Assembly (NCBI GenBank): GCA_964613845.1
Contig: CAZTIZ010000001.1
Location: 17,665-81,664, forward strand
Direction: 5' to 3'
Length of the DNA stretch: 64,000 bases
Source of the DNA: an uncultured Corynebacterium sp.
Lineage (GTDB): Bacteria; Actinomycetota; Actinomycetes; Mycobacteriales; Mycobacteriaceae
Shown: positions 31,025 to 40,830 of the stretch, piece after piece
Layout: each line of letters begins with the position of its first letter
How positions within the stretch are numbered: position 1 is the stretch's first letter
Translations under genes and position numbers: made by a program
The notes under the pieces: generated by a model
What the model was told of the DNA's origin: nothing
The model's input: the letters and a program-made list of their open reading frames with translations, nothing else
The model's database searches: none

Positions 31025-31732
31025 ATGACCGACCGCACCGCGCAACTGCGGGAGAATCTGCAACGCGTGCACGCCCGAATCGAGGCGGCGAGCCACGCCG
31101 CCGGACGCGAACCCGATTCCGTGGCGCTGCTGCCGGTGACCAAGTTCCATCCGGCCGCCGACATCGCCCGTCTGGTCTCCCTCGGCGTGCGGGATGTGGC
31201 AGAGAACCGCGAACAGGAGGCCCGCGCCAAAGCCGGGGAGGTGCCGGAGGCCCGCATCCACATGGTCGGACAGATCCAGACGAAGAAGGTCAACTCCGTC
31301 GCGCGCTGGGCGTCCTCCGTCCACTCCCTCGACTCGGGCCGCCTCGCCCAGGGACTCGACCGCGGCATGGCCCTCGCCCTGGAGCGGGGTGAGCGGACGT
31401 CGACAAGCCTGTCGTGCTTCCTGCAGCTGTCCACGGACGGTGACACCCACCGCGGGGGAGTGACCGGGGAGCACCTCCCGGAACTCGTCGAGATCGTGGA
31501 GGAGGCCACCCACCTGGAACTGTCCGGACTGATGTGTGTTCCCCCGCTGGGTGCTGACCCTGCCGAGGTCTTCGCCACCGCCCGACAGCTCACCGATCAG
31601 CTGAGTGAACGGGTCGGACGCCCACTGCGACTGTCCGCCGGCATGTCCGGGGACCTGGAGGCCGCGATCCACGCAGGCTCCGATATCGTGCGTGTCGGTA
31701 CTGGTGTGCTGGGCGAGCGACCAGTAGCGTAA
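31025..31732 (+). CDS. yggS: YggS-family pyridoxal-phosphate homeostasis protein
   Basis: LLPVTKFHP (PLP lysine), GENREQE, HMVGQIQTKK and LSAGMSGD motifs. Confidence 0.9.
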   Translation: MTDRTAQLRENLQRVHARIEAASHAAGREPDSVALLPVTKFHPAADIARLVSLGVRDVAENREQEARAKAGEVPEARIHMVGQIQTKKVNSVARWASSVHSLDSGRLAQGLDRGMALALERGERTSTSLSCFLQLSTDGDTHRGGVTGEHLPELVEIVEEATHLELSGLMCVPPLGADPAEVFATARQLTDQLSERVGRPLRLSAGMSGDLEAAIHAGSDIVRVGTGVLGERPVA

Positions 31733-31801
31733 GGCCCAACAAACCTGAAGGAAGCAGTGCCAGCTGCGAGAACGGGGTATCTACCGAGAGGGAGGCACTA
31801 A

Positions 31802-32311
31802 ATGTCACTCATGAGGAGCGCCAAGGAATTTTTCGGCCTGGCTCCGGTCGACATGGAGAACGAGGACGCCTACTACGACGACGAACCGCGCTACCGCTCG
31901 GATGGATCAGCCGCCTACGTCCCGGCCCCGCGCCGGGAGCGTGAGTACGATGATTACGGCCGCTATGCTGAGCCGGCACCGGCAGCCCCGGCGCCCGCCC
32001 CCGCACCGGTGGCCAGCCGTCCGAAGGAGCGTACCTATACCTCCCGCATCGTGACGGTGGAGTTGGCCTCCTACACCGAGGCCACCCGGGTGGGTGAGCC
32101 GTTCCGGGACGGGGACGCCGTCGTCTTCGACCTGAGTCGCATGGAGCACGGGGAGGCACGCCGCGTCATCGACTTCGCCGCCGGTCTCTGCTTCGTGGTG
32201 CGTGGTCAGATGAAGAAGCTCGACGCCGCTGACCGCACTCTCTTCGCGATCGTCCCGGAGGGCGCCTCTGTCTCCACGCTGGAGCTGGAGCGTGCCGCGG
32301 GCATTCTCTGA
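31802..32311 (+). CDS. sepF: cell division protein SepF
   Basis: Conserved N-terminal FtsZ/membrane peptide MSLMRSAKEFFGL. C-terminal domain ...EATRVGEPFRDGDAVVFDL...RVIDFAAGL. GGGAGG lies upstream. Confidence 0.9.
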   Translation: MSLMRSAKEFFGLAPVDMENEDAYYDDEPRYRSDGSAAYVPAPRREREYDDYGRYAEPAPAAPAPAPAPVASRPKERTYTSRIVTVELASYTEATRVGEPFRDGDAVVFDLSRMEHGEARRVIDFAAGLCFVVRGQMKKLDAADRTLFAIVPEGASVSTLELERAAGIL

Positions 32312-32343
32312 GGGCCTACGTCCGGAGGCCCCGTCACAGGCCG

Positions 32344-32367
32344 ACACCCCGCCTTCGAGCGGGGTGT
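32344..32367 (+). terminator. 9-bp GC-rich hairpin after sepF (weak terminator/attenuator candidate)
   Basis: ACACCCCGC-CTTCGA-GCGGGGTGT followed only by TT. Confidence 0.35.
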
Positions 32368-32406
32368 TCGCCATTCAGGGGGGTCGTTCCATTAGGCTCG
32401 GAAACC

Positions 32407-32700
32407 GTGAGCATGCTCGGAATCGTCCTCTATGTCATCCTTCGCGTCTTCGTCCTGGTCCTCATCGCGCGCATCGTGATCGAGATGATCCAGTCGTTCT
32501 CGCGTAATTTTCAGCCGCCCCGGTGGTTCGTCCTGACGGCTGAACCACTCTTCATGATCACGGATCCACCGGTCAAGGCGCTGCGCAGGGTCATCCCTCC
32601 GCTACGCCTGGGCAGCGTCGCGCTGGACCTGTCGGTGATCGTGCTCTTCATCCTCGCGCAGATCCTGCAGGTGATCGTCCTGCAGGTCTTCCTCGTGTGA
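32407..32700 (+). CDS. yggT: YggT family membrane protein
   Basis: 97-aa two-TM protein with the YggT pattern (...ARIV.....F......P....L...TDP.....R..IPP). It sits between sepF and divIVA. Confidence 0.85.
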   Translation: MSMLGIVLYVILRVFVLVLIARIVIEMIQSFSRNFQPPRWFVLTAEPLFMITDPPVKALRRVIPPLRLGSVALDLSVIVLFILAQILQVIVLQVFLV

Positions 32701-32901
32701 TCTGGGGCGGGGGGAAGCGGGTCACCCGAGGTGGTCTCCCGCCCTGTCCTCAGCTAAGAGTTTAGGGTGTCCGGTGATACCGGTCTGTGATCTTCCGGCT
32801 ACACTCGACCGGGAACACAGCGTACTATTAGTTTGCAATGCCCAGTGTGGGTCCGTCTCGCACCAGCCCAAAGGGGCCGACGAAATTCGAAGGGAACTCC
32901 A

Positions 32902-33960
32902 ATGCCGCTGACACCAGCTGACGTGCACAATGTCGCATTCAGTAAGCCGCCGATCGGTAAGCGGGGCTACAACGAGGACGAGGTTGATCAGTTTCTCGAC
33001 CTCGTAGAGGACACCCTCTCGCAGCTGCAGGATGAGAACGAGGAGCTGCGTGGCCGCGTGGAGGGGCTGGACTCCGGCTCACAGGGCACTGCTGGTGCCG
33101 CGGGGGTCTCCTCCCTCGACGAGGCGAAGCTGCGCAAGGACATCGAGGCGAAGCTGCGCAACGAATACGAGGCGAAGCTCTCCGACGCGAAGAAGGCCAC
33201 CGACAAGGCCGAGAGCGAGGCCAAGGCCGCCAAGGATCAGGTCAAGGCCGCTCAGGATGACGCCGCGCGCAACAAGGCCGAGGCCGAGAAGGCCCGCGCT
33301 GAGGTCGCCGAGGCCAAGAAGTCCTCCGCTTCCCCCGCACAGGCTGCTCCGGCAGCTCCGGCAGTTCCGGCCGCGGCCGGTGGCACCGCCACCGTCGACA
33401 CCCACATGCAGGCCGCCAAGGTGCTCGGCCTGGCGCAGGAGATGGCTGACCGCCTCACCTCCGAGGCGCAGGCGGAGTCCCGCTCCATGCTCGACGATGC
33501 CCGTTCCGCCGCCGAGAAGCAGCTGGCGGACGCTGACTCCCGGGCCAAGGCCCAGCTGGCGGAAGCGGATTCGCTCGCCAAGGAGCAGCTGGCGGAGGCC
33601 ACTGACCGTGCCAAGACGCAGATCTCGGAGGCGGAGAACAACTCCACCACCATGATCACCGAGGCCGAGAAGAAGGCCGAGGAGACGATCAACGAGGCGA
33701 ACTCGCGTGCCGACGCCCGGATCCGTCAGGCCGAGGACAAGGCTAACGCCCTGCAGGCGGAGGCGGAGCGCAAGCACACCGAGATCATGTCCACGGTCAA
33801 GCAGCAGCAGACCGCCCTGGAGACCCGGATCGCGGAGCTGCGCACCTTCGAGCGTGAGTACCGCACCCGACTCAAGACCCTCCTGCAGTCCCAGCTCGAT
33901 GAGCTGGACTCCCGCGGTTCTTCCGCACCGAACGGTGACGGGGCGGGCAAGGAAAACTAG
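32902..33960 (+). CDS. divIVA: DivIVA/Wag31 polar growth scaffold
   Basis: [39 protein letters not shown] is the canonical DivIVA N-terminus, followed by a long coiled coil. ATG 32902 is chosen over track start 32833. Confidence 0.95.
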   Translation: MPLTPADVHNVAFSKPPIGKRGYNEDEVDQFLDLVEDTLSQLQDENEELRGRVEGLDSGSQGTAGAAGVSSLDEAKLRKDIEAKLRNEYEAKLSDAKKATDKAESEAKAAKDQVKAAQDDAARNKAEAEKARAEVAEAKKSSASPAQAAPAAPAVPAAAGGTATVDTHMQAAKVLGLAQEMADRLTSEAQAESRSMLDDARSAAEKQLADADSRAKAQLAEADSLAKEQLAEATDRAKTQISEAENNSTTMITEAEKKAEETINEANSRADARIRQAEDKANALQAEAERKHTEIMSTVKQQQTALETRIAELRTFEREYRTRLKTLLQSQLDELDSRGSSAPNGDGAGKEN

Positions 33961-33981
33961 ACTTCCCCCTTCGCTCACTTC

Positions 33982-34021
33982 GATGACGCCCCAACCCGGA
34001 AATCCGGGTTGGGGCGTCATC
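33982..34021 (+). terminator. 18-bp perfect stem hairpin after divIVA
   Basis: GATGACGCCCCAACCCGG-AAA(U)-CCGGGTTGGGGCGTCATC. There is no U-tract. Confidence 0.7.
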
Positions 34022-34146
34022 GTCGGTACCCGGCCCGGGGGAGGGGCGAATACCGGACAGGAGACACGCGACCTCAATGTCTACTTGAGGTTCCGGTTGG
34101 GTGATAATAACGGGGACAGAAACCGCTGAGGGCGAGGAGGTGTCCG

Positions 34147-34851
34147 ATGGTCGTGTGGAGCCGGAAAACCCTGATCGCATTCTCGGCACTGTTCAGCCTC
34201 CTCCTGGTCGCCTGCGGGCCCGTCGACGCCGAGGAACCTGCCGTTGAGGCCCTGTTCACTGCGGTCGATTCCGCGGGCCCCGAGACCCCGCCCGGGGCCG
34301 GGGAGCAGGTTCCTGCGCCCTCAGCTGCTCCCGTTCCCGCCCCCTCCGCGAAGCAGTCAGGTGGTTTCTCCGCGGTACAGGACGTGCCGACCGCCTCCGC
34401 GATTACGCTCGACACCGGCCCTGAGGGCTTCGCCCAGGGGCCTCCCGAGGCCATGAGCTGGGAGATTACGGGCCTGGAACGGCTGGGTTTCACGAAGATC
34501 GAGTTGGAGGTCAGCGAGGAGGGGCAGAACGCCCGGCTCCAGTTCCCCGTGGTCGGTGACTCCGTCGACCCCGCTGCGCTGTCGAAGCTGACGTGGCGGT
34601 CCTACGGCCTGGCGGGTGAGAAGGAGGTGGTCAACAGGTGTCGTTCCGACTGGCACCTCACTGATTCGGCCGGGCAACGGGTGCCGTTCGGGGAGACCGG
34701 AGCGCTGTTCACCCCGGGTCCCTATGAGCTCTGTCAGGGCTCGACGAACATGATCATGCGGCAGGATGGGGTGCTGACCGTGAACTTCACCATCCGTAAC
34801 CCCGGTTTTGAGACCGTGCACATCAAGTTCGACATTCTGGTGGTCTCCTGA
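34147..34851 (+). CDS. hypothetical lipoprotein
   Basis: Signal peptide with lipobox LLLVAC|G and a Pro/Ala-rich linker. GAGGAGG lies upstream of the ATG. No family recognised. Confidence 0.6.
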   Translation: MVVWSRKTLIAFSALFSLLLVACGPVDAEEPAVEALFTAVDSAGPETPPGAGEQVPAPSAAPVPAPSAKQSGGFSAVQDVPTASAITLDTGPEGFAQGPPEAMSWEITGLERLGFTKIELEVSEEGQNARLQFPVVGDSVDPAALSKLTWRSYGLAGEKEVVNRCRSDWHLTDSAGQRVPFGETGALFTPGPYELCQGSTNMIMRQDGVLTVNFTIRNPGFETVHIKFDILVVS

Positions 34852-34916
34852 TTCCGTCGGCCTAGGTGTTCCCGCCCCTTGGGGGTATACTCGGCGCTGT
34901 ATTTCCGCCGGGATGT

Positions 34917-35151
34917 GATCGCGGTGGGCTACCGCTACGATCCGGCCATCACCGGGGAGCGTTCCGGAAGAACAGCGGGGAGGGACTCTCCGCCCAGTAG
35001 AACCGGACGGGTGGGACCGACACAGACCTTCGCCACGGAAATGAAGCGGGACAGTGAGTTGCTGTCCAAGCAGGGTGGTACCGCGCGGCCTCCGCGTCCC
35101 TGCAGGACAACTACGCAAGATCCCTCGTGTGTGAAGGAAGTGAACGAAGCA
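34917..35151 (+). promoter_or_regulatory. ileS T-box riboswitch leader (Ile/AUC specifier)
   Basis: T-box core GGGTGGTACCGCG at 35073-35085. Antiterminator-like fold GCAGGG / bulge TGGTACC / CGCGG-CCT-CCGCG / CCCTGC. Stem III-like hairpin at 35049-35067. AUC-A sits in the loop of CCGG-CCATCA-CCGG (34942-34955). Confidence 0.85.
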
Positions 35152-38100
35152 ATGACCGATTCCGTCGATGCCGTGGGAGGCGTCTACCCCAGGGTGGACA
35201 TGACCGGGGGTTCCACCCGGTTCCCCGAGATGGAGCTCAATGTCCTCGACTACTGGAAGCAGGATGACACCTTCCAGGGGTCTCTGGAGCAGCGCAAGGA
35301 CGCCGAGGAGTATGTCTTCTACGACGGCCCGCCCTTCGCCAATGGCCTGCCGCACTACGGCCACCTGCTGACCGGCTATGTCAAGGACATCGTCCCGCGT
35401 TTCAAGACGATGCGCGGCTACCACGTCCCCCGCGTCTTCGGCTGGGACACCCACGGTCTGCCGGCGGAGCTGGAGGCGGAGAAGCAGCTCGGTATCACGG
35501 ATAAGGGCCAGATCGAGGACATGGGCCTGGCCAGGTTCAACGAGTACTGCGCCTCCTCGGTGCTGCGTTATACCGAGGAGTGGAAGGAATATGTCACCCG
35601 CCAGGCACGTTGGGTGGACTTCGACAACGGCTACAAGACGATGGACCTGGGCTACATGGAGTCCGTCATCTGGGCCTTCAAGGAGCTCTACGACAAGGGC
35701 CTGATCTACCAGGGATTCCGCGTTCTGCCGTACTCCTGGGCCGAGCACACCCCCCTGTCGAACCAGGAGACCCGCCTGGATGACTCCTACAAGATGCGTC
35801 AGGACCCGACCCTGACGGTAACCCTGCCGTTCACCGGTGCCCGGGAGGGCAGCGCCGCGGAGCGGACCCTGGCGGAACACCCGGAGCTGGCGCAGGCTGC
35901 CGCTCTGGCCTGGACGACCACCCCGTGGACCCTGCCGTCGAACCTGGCGCTGGCCGTCAACCCCGAGGTCAACTACTCGGTCGTGCGCGTCGGTGGGGAT
36001 GGTTCCGCGGAGTTCGCCGGTCGCCTGTTCGTGCTCGCCGAGAACCTTGTCGGCGCCTACGCCAAGGAGCTTGGTGAGGAGCACGAGGTGGTGCTCACCC
36101 TGAGCGGTGCGCAGCTGGAGGGCCTGACCTACCGTCCGGTCTTCGACTTCTTCGTCGACCAGCCCAATGCCTTCCAGGTGCTGGTGGCTGACTACGTCAC
36201 CACCGAGGACGGCACCGGTATCGTCCACCAGGCCCCGGCCTTCGGTGAGGATGACATGGCGGTGTGCGGGAAGTACGGCATCGACCTGGTCATTCCCGTC
36301 GACATGGACGGTAAGTTCACCGAGCTGGCCGCGCCCTACGCCGGCCAGCTGGTCTTCGATGCGAACAAGGACATCATCCGGGATCTCAAGGAGATCGGCC
36401 GGGTCGTGCGTCACCAGACCATCGAGCACTCCTACCCGCACTCCTGGCGCTCCGGCGAGCCGCTGATCTACATGGCGCTGCCGTCCTGGTTCGTCAACGT
36501 CACCAAGATCCGCGACCGCATGGTCGAGCTCAACCACAATGAGATCGAGTGGATGCCGGAGCACATCCGCGACGGTCAGTTCGGCAAGTGGCTGGAGGGT
36601 GCCCGCGACTGGAACATCTCCCGTTCCCGTTACTGGGGCTCCCCGATCCCGGTGTGGGTCTCCGACAGCGAGGAGTACCCGCGCATCGACGTCTACGGTT
36701 CCCTCGACGAGCTGGAGGCGGACTTCGGCGTGCGCCCGACCTCCCTGCACCGTCCCCACATCGATGAGTTGACCCGCCCGAACCCGGACGATCCGACGGG
36801 TGAGTCCACGATGCGGCGGGTGCCGGACGTCCTCGACGTGTGGTTCGACTCCGGGTCCATGCCCTTCGCGCAGTTCCACTACCCCTTCGAGAACAAGGAC
36901 TGGTTCGAGAGCCACGCTCCGGCGGACTTCATCGTCGAGTACATCGGGCAGACCCGCGGTTGGTTCTACCTGCTGCATGTCCTGTCCGTCGGCCTGTTCG
37001 ACCGCCCGGCCTTCAAGAAGGTCGTTGCCCACGGCATTGTCCTGGGTGATGACGGCCTGAAGATGTCCAAGTCCAAGGGCAACTACCCCAACGTCAACGA
37101 GGTCTTCGATCGGGACGGCTCGGATGCGATGCGTTGGTTCCTCATGTCCTCGCCCATCCTGCGTGGCGGCAACCTCATCGTCACCGAGCAGGGCATCCGG
37201 GAGGGCGTGCGTCAGGCACTGCTGCCGATGTGGAACGCCTACTCCTTCCTGCAGCTGTACTCCTCGAAGCCGGCGCAGTGGTCGGTGGATTCCGAGCACG
37301 TGCTCGACCGTTACATCCTGGCCAAGCTGCACGATCTGGTCGCCGACGTCACCGAGGCCCTCGACGCCACCGACATCTCCCGCGCCTGCGACGAGGTCCG
37401 TCAGTTCTCCGACGCCCTGACCAACTGGTACGTACGTCGTTCCCGCGACCGCTTCTGGGCCGGTGATGATGCACACCCGGAGGCCTTCAACACCCTCTAC
37501 ACGGTGCTGGAGACCCTCACCCGGGTCGCGGCCCCGCTCCTGCCGTACCTCAGCGAGGTCATCTGGCGCGGCCTGACCGGCGGACGCTCGGTCCACCTGA
37601 CCGACTTCCCCGACGCCGCCGACTTCCCGGCCGAGGCCGAGCTGGTCGCGGCCATGGACGCCACCCGCGCGGTGTGCTCCTCGGCCTCCTCGATCCGCAA
37701 GGCACATAAGCTGCGCAACCGTCTGCCGCTGCCCGCCCTGACGGTGGCACTGCCGGAATCCTCCCTGCTGGCCGACTTCACCCCGATCATCCGCGATGAG
37801 GTCAACGTCAGGGAGGTGCGCCTCACCGATGACATCGACTCGGTGGGTACCTTCGAGGTCGTCGTCAACGCCAAGGTCGCCGGCCCGCGTCTCGGCCGTG
37901 ACGTGCAGCGCGTGATCAAGGCCGTGAAGTCCGGCAACTACGAGCGCGTGGGCGAGAGGGTCGTCGCCGACGGCATCGAGCTCGGCGCGGAAGAGTACAC
38001 CGAGCGCCTCGTGGCGGCGGACCCGGACTCCACCACGCGCATCGACGGCCTCGATGGGCTGGTCGTGCTCGACATGGAGGTCACCGAGGAACTGGAGGCC

Positions 38101-38349
38101 GAGGGCTGGGCGGCGGATGTCATCCGTGGCCTGCAGGATGCCCGCAAGGCATCCGGTCTCGCGGTCTCCGACCGCATCACCGTCACCCTGTCGGTGCCGG
38201 AGGAGAAGGTGGAGTGGATCACCCGTCACCGCGAGCACGTCGCCGCCGAGGTGCTCGCCACCTCCCTGGAGATCACGACGGAGTCGCTGGCCGGTGCCAC
38301 GGTCCACGACGTCGTCAGGGACACCACGGCCACGGTGGCGAAGAACTAG
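35152..38349 (+). CDS. ileS: isoleucine--tRNA ligase (type 2, long form)
   Basis: HYGH ([13 protein letters not shown]) and KMSKS motifs, in a protein of about 1065 aa. ATG 35152 lies downstream of SD GAAGGAAG; the track ORF start at 34879 runs through the T-box leader. Confidence 0.95.
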   Translation: MTDSVDAVGGVYPRVDMTGGSTRFPEMELNVLDYWKQDDTFQGSLEQRKDAEEYVFYDGPPFANGLPHYGHLLTGYVKDIVPRFKTMRGYHVPRVFGWDTHGLPAELEAEKQLGITDKGQIEDMGLARFNEYCASSVLRYTEEWKEYVTRQARWVDFDNGYKTMDLGYMESVIWAFKELYDKGLIYQGFRVLPYSWAEHTPLSNQETRLDDSYKMRQDPTLTVTLPFTGAREGSAAERTLAEHPELAQAAALAWTTTPWTLPSNLALAVNPEVNYSVVRVGGDGSAEFAGRLFVLAENLVGAYAKELGEEHEVVLTLSGAQLEGLTYRPVFDFFVDQPNAFQVLVADYVTTEDGTGIVHQAPAFGEDDMAVCGKYGIDLVIPVDMDGKFTELAAPYAGQLVFDANKDIIRDLKEIGRVVRHQTIEHSYPHSWRSGEPLIYMALPSWFVNVTKIRDRMVELNHNEIEWMPEHIRDGQFGKWLEGARDWNISRSRYWGSPIPVWVSDSEEYPRIDVYGSLDELEADFGVRPTSLHRPHIDELTRPNPDDPTGESTMRRVPDVLDVWFDSGSMPFAQFHYPFENKDWFESHAPADFIVEYIGQTRGWFYLLHVLSVGLFDRPAFKKVVAHGIVLGDDGLKMSKSKGNYPNVNEVFDRDGSDAMRWFLMSSPILRGGNLIVTEQGIREGVRQALLPMWNAYSFLQLYSSKPAQWSVDSEHVLDRYILAKLHDLVADVTEALDATDISRACDEVRQFSDALTNWYVRRSRDRFWAGDDAHPEAFNTLYTVLETLTRVAAPLLPYLSEVIWRGLTGGRSVHLTDFPDAADFPAEAELVAAMDATRAVCSSASSIRKAHKLRNRLPLPALTVALPESSLLADFTPIIRDEVNVREVRLTDDIDSVGTFEVVVNAKVAGPRLGRDVQRVIKAVKSGNYERVGERVVADGIELGAEEYTERLVAADPDSTTRIDGLDGLVVLDMEVTEELEAEGWAADVIRGLQDARKASGLAVSDRITVTLSVPEEKVEWITRHREHVAAEVLATSLEITTESLAGATVHDVVRDTTATVAKN

Positions 38350-38368
38350 CCTGGCTAGCATGTAGGAC

Positions 38369-39754
38369 ATGCGCCGCTGGGTACTGCACATCGACATGGA
38401 CGCCTTCTTCGCGTCCTGCGAGCAGCTGACCCGCCCCACCCTGCGCGGCCGGCCCGTGCTGGTCGGTGGGGTCAGCGGCCGGGGTGTGGTCGCCGGAGCC
38501 TCCTACGAGGCCCGCCGCTTCGGGGCCCACTCCGCGATGCCGATGCACCAGGCACGGGCCCTGGTGGGGCTCTCGGCTGTCGTCGTCACACCCCGCAAGG
38601 AGGTCTATTCCACGGCCTCCCGGCGCGTCTTCGAGGTCGTGGCGCGGGAGGCGGGCCTGGTCGAGCAGCTCAGCATCGACGAGGCCTTTCTCGAACCGGC
38701 GGAGCTGGCGGGGGCGGAGCCGGACCGGGTGTGGGAGTGGGCGCAGCATCTGCGGCGCGTCATCCGGGACATCACCGGTCTTCCGGCCTCGATCGGGGCG
38801 GGGCCGGGCAAGCAGTACGCCAAGATCGCTTCGGGGGAGGCGAAGCCTGAGGGGGTGTTCCTCATCACCGAGGAGGAGCGGGAGTCGACCCTCGCCCCCA
38901 TGCCGGTGTCGACGCTGTGGGGGGTGGGGCCGGTCACGGAGGCGAAGCTGCGCCAGCTCGGGGTCGTGACGATCGCGGACCTGGCTGCCCTGAGTGCCCG
39001 GGAGGTGGAGATCAGCCTCGGCGCGACCGTGGGGTTGAGCCTGTGGTCGTTGGCCCGGGGTGTCGATGAGCGGCCGGTGGCGCCGCGGGCGGAGGCCAAG
39101 CAGGTCTCGGCGGAACACACCTACGACACTGACCTGGTGAGCCGGCGGCAGGTCGACGAGGCCATCGGGCGTGCGGGCCGGGGCGCGCACCGGAGGTTGC
39201 TCCGCGACGGGCGTGGGGCCCGCACCGTCACCGTCAAGCTGCGGATGGCTGACTTCCGCATCGAGTCCCGCTCGCTGACCCTGCCGTACGCCACCGATGA
39301 TCGTGACACGCTGCTGGCCTCCGCCGCCCGGTTGGCCCGTTATCCCGATGAGGTGGGGGCGATCCGTCTGGTCGGGGTGGGCTTCTCCGGGTTGGAGAGT
39401 GCCCGGCAGGACGTGCTCTTCCCGGAGCTCGACCAGCAGGTCATCCGGCCGGAACCGCAGGACACCGATTATGAGGTGGGGGTGCGTGGTGGCTCACCCG
39501 GGGAGGAGATCGGTGGGGGTGAGCTGCCGGGTGGGTCCCCGGGGTGGCGGGCCACCCAGGATGTGTGGCATGCCGAATTCGGCCATGGCTGGGTGCAGGG
39601 TGCCGGCCACGGGGTGCTCACCGTGCGTTTCGAGACCCGCGCCACCGGCCCGGGCCGCACCCGCTCCTTCGCCGCCGATGATCCGGACCTGCGCCCCGCC
39701 GACCCGGTGGACAGCCTGGACTGGGGGGAGTGGCTGGCGGAGGGGGACGGTTAG
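38369..39754 (+). CDS. dinB: DNA polymerase IV (DinB1-type, with a C-terminal extension)
   Basis: VLHIDMDAFFASCEQ and SIDEAFL catalytic motifs. Clamp-binding-like QDVLF at 39407-39421, followed by an extra tail of about 100 aa. Confidence 0.9.
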   Translation: MRRWVLHIDMDAFFASCEQLTRPTLRGRPVLVGGVSGRGVVAGASYEARRFGAHSAMPMHQARALVGLSAVVVTPRKEVYSTASRRVFEVVAREAGLVEQLSIDEAFLEPAELAGAEPDRVWEWAQHLRRVIRDITGLPASIGAGPGKQYAKIASGEAKPEGVFLITEEERESTLAPMPVSTLWGVGPVTEAKLRQLGVVTIADLAALSAREVEISLGATVGLSLWSLARGVDERPVAPRAEAKQVSAEHTYDTDLVSRRQVDEAIGRAGRGAHRRLLRDGRGARTVTVKLRMADFRIESRSLTLPYATDDRDTLLASAARLARYPDEVGAIRLVGVGFSGLESARQDVLFPELDQQVIRPEPQDTDYEVGVRGGSPGEEIGGGELPGGSPGWRATQDVWHAEFGHGWVQGAGHGVLTVRFETRATGPGRTRSFAADDPDLRPADPVDSLDWGEWLAEGDG

Positions 39755-40671
39755 AGCAGGTCGGTGACCGGTCGACCCGCGGCCAGGGCGGTGGCCAGCA
39801 CCATCCGCGCCTGGCCCGCCCGCAGGTGCCCGGCGGCGACCGCGCCGTGGGTGGCGAGGGTGGCCCCACCACCGGAGCCACCGTAGGCCAGCGCCACCTG
39901 GCCGGCCGCCACCCGCGTGGAGACCACCACCGCCACACCGGCGGCCAGCGCGTCCCTCACGCCCCGCCCCATGTCGGCGCCGATATTGCCCGAGCCCATT
40001 GCCTCGATGACCAGGCCGTGGGCCCCGGCGGCGACGGCGGCGTCGACGAGTTCGCGTCCGGCGCCCGGCCAGGCGGCCAGGATCATCACCTCCGTGCCGT
40101 CGAGTGGGGTGGGTGGCAACGGGGTGGGGCGGGGGAGTGGCTGTTCCGTGGCGGTAGTGAAGGCGTCGAGGTCGGTGGTGTGCCGTTTGACGGCACCCCG
40201 GGCCGGTACGGTACGGCCCCCGAAGGACAGCAGTACGCCCCGGCTCCGGGCCGTCGGGTCGGCGGCGAGTGCCACCGCTGCGCTGAGGTTGCCGGGGCCG
40301 TCGGTGGCGGGGTGGTCGAAGGGGCGCTGGGCGCCGGTGAGGACCACCGGGCGGGGATCGCCGTGCACGCAGTCGAGGGCGATGGCGGAGTCCTCCATCG
40401 AGTCGGTGCCGTGGGTGACGACGACCCCGGCCACGCGCGGGTCCGCGAGCTCCTCGTGGACCGCGTCGATCAGGGCGTCGACCTGGGCGAGCGTGATCGA
40501 GGAGGAATCGAGTCGGGTCAGTTCCCGCACGTGCAGGCAGGCGTGGGTGTCCACCGTGGCCAGCAGTTCCCCACCGGGGACGGTCGGCACCAGGGAGCCG
40601 TCGGACCCGGTGGTGCAGGCGATGGTGCCGCCGGTGGTCAGGACACTGATGTGGCGGGAATCGGTGCTCAT
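39751..40671 (-). CDS. ansA: L-asparaginase
   Basis: VLTTGGTIA (catalytic Thr) and HGTDSMEDSA motifs. ATG 40671 with GGAGA upstream is preferred to GTG 40680. Confidence 0.88.
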   Translation of the reverse strand: MSTDSRHISVLTTGGTIACTTGSDGSLVPTVPGGELLATVDTHACLHVRELTRLDSSSITLAQVDALIDAVHEELADPRVAGVVVTHGTDSMEDSAIALDCVHGDPRPVVLTGAQRPFDHPATDGPGNLSAAVALAADPTARSRGVLLSFGGRTVPARGAVKRHTTDLDAFTTATEQPLPRPTPLPPTPLDGTEVMILAAWPGAGRELVDAAVAAGAHGLVIEAMGSGNIGADMGRGVRDALAAGVAVVVSTRVAAGQVALAYGGSGGGATLATHGAVAAGHLRAGQARMVLATALAAGRPVTDLL

Positions 40672-40830
40672 GGTCTCCACGATGCCACAGACGTATCTCA
40701 GGAAACTGTCATGGTGTGCCCATCAGGATGAGGTGAAATCGGTGTTTGACACCGTGTACGATCTAGCCCGACGCAGGTGCCGGGTCCACCCCAGGAACAA
40801 CCGGCACCGCCCCGATTGAGGAGATTTTTA

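Noticed and set aside
33060-33800. Repetitive AKA/AEA/AEK-rich stretch in divIVA, and five PASTA units in pknL (6415-7350), as possible DNA tandem repeats.
   Set aside because: These are protein-level periodicities (coiled-coil heptads and diverged domain repeats). I see no exact nucleotide tandem repeats.
34357-38439. A 1360-codon stop-free ORF antisense to the whole of ileS.
   Set aside because: Its composition is dominated by G/R/V/D/L/H/P repeats and shows no recognisable motifs. It is exactly antisense to a gene with unambiguous HYGH/KMSKS signatures. Long antisense ORFs are an expected by-product of strong GC3 bias.
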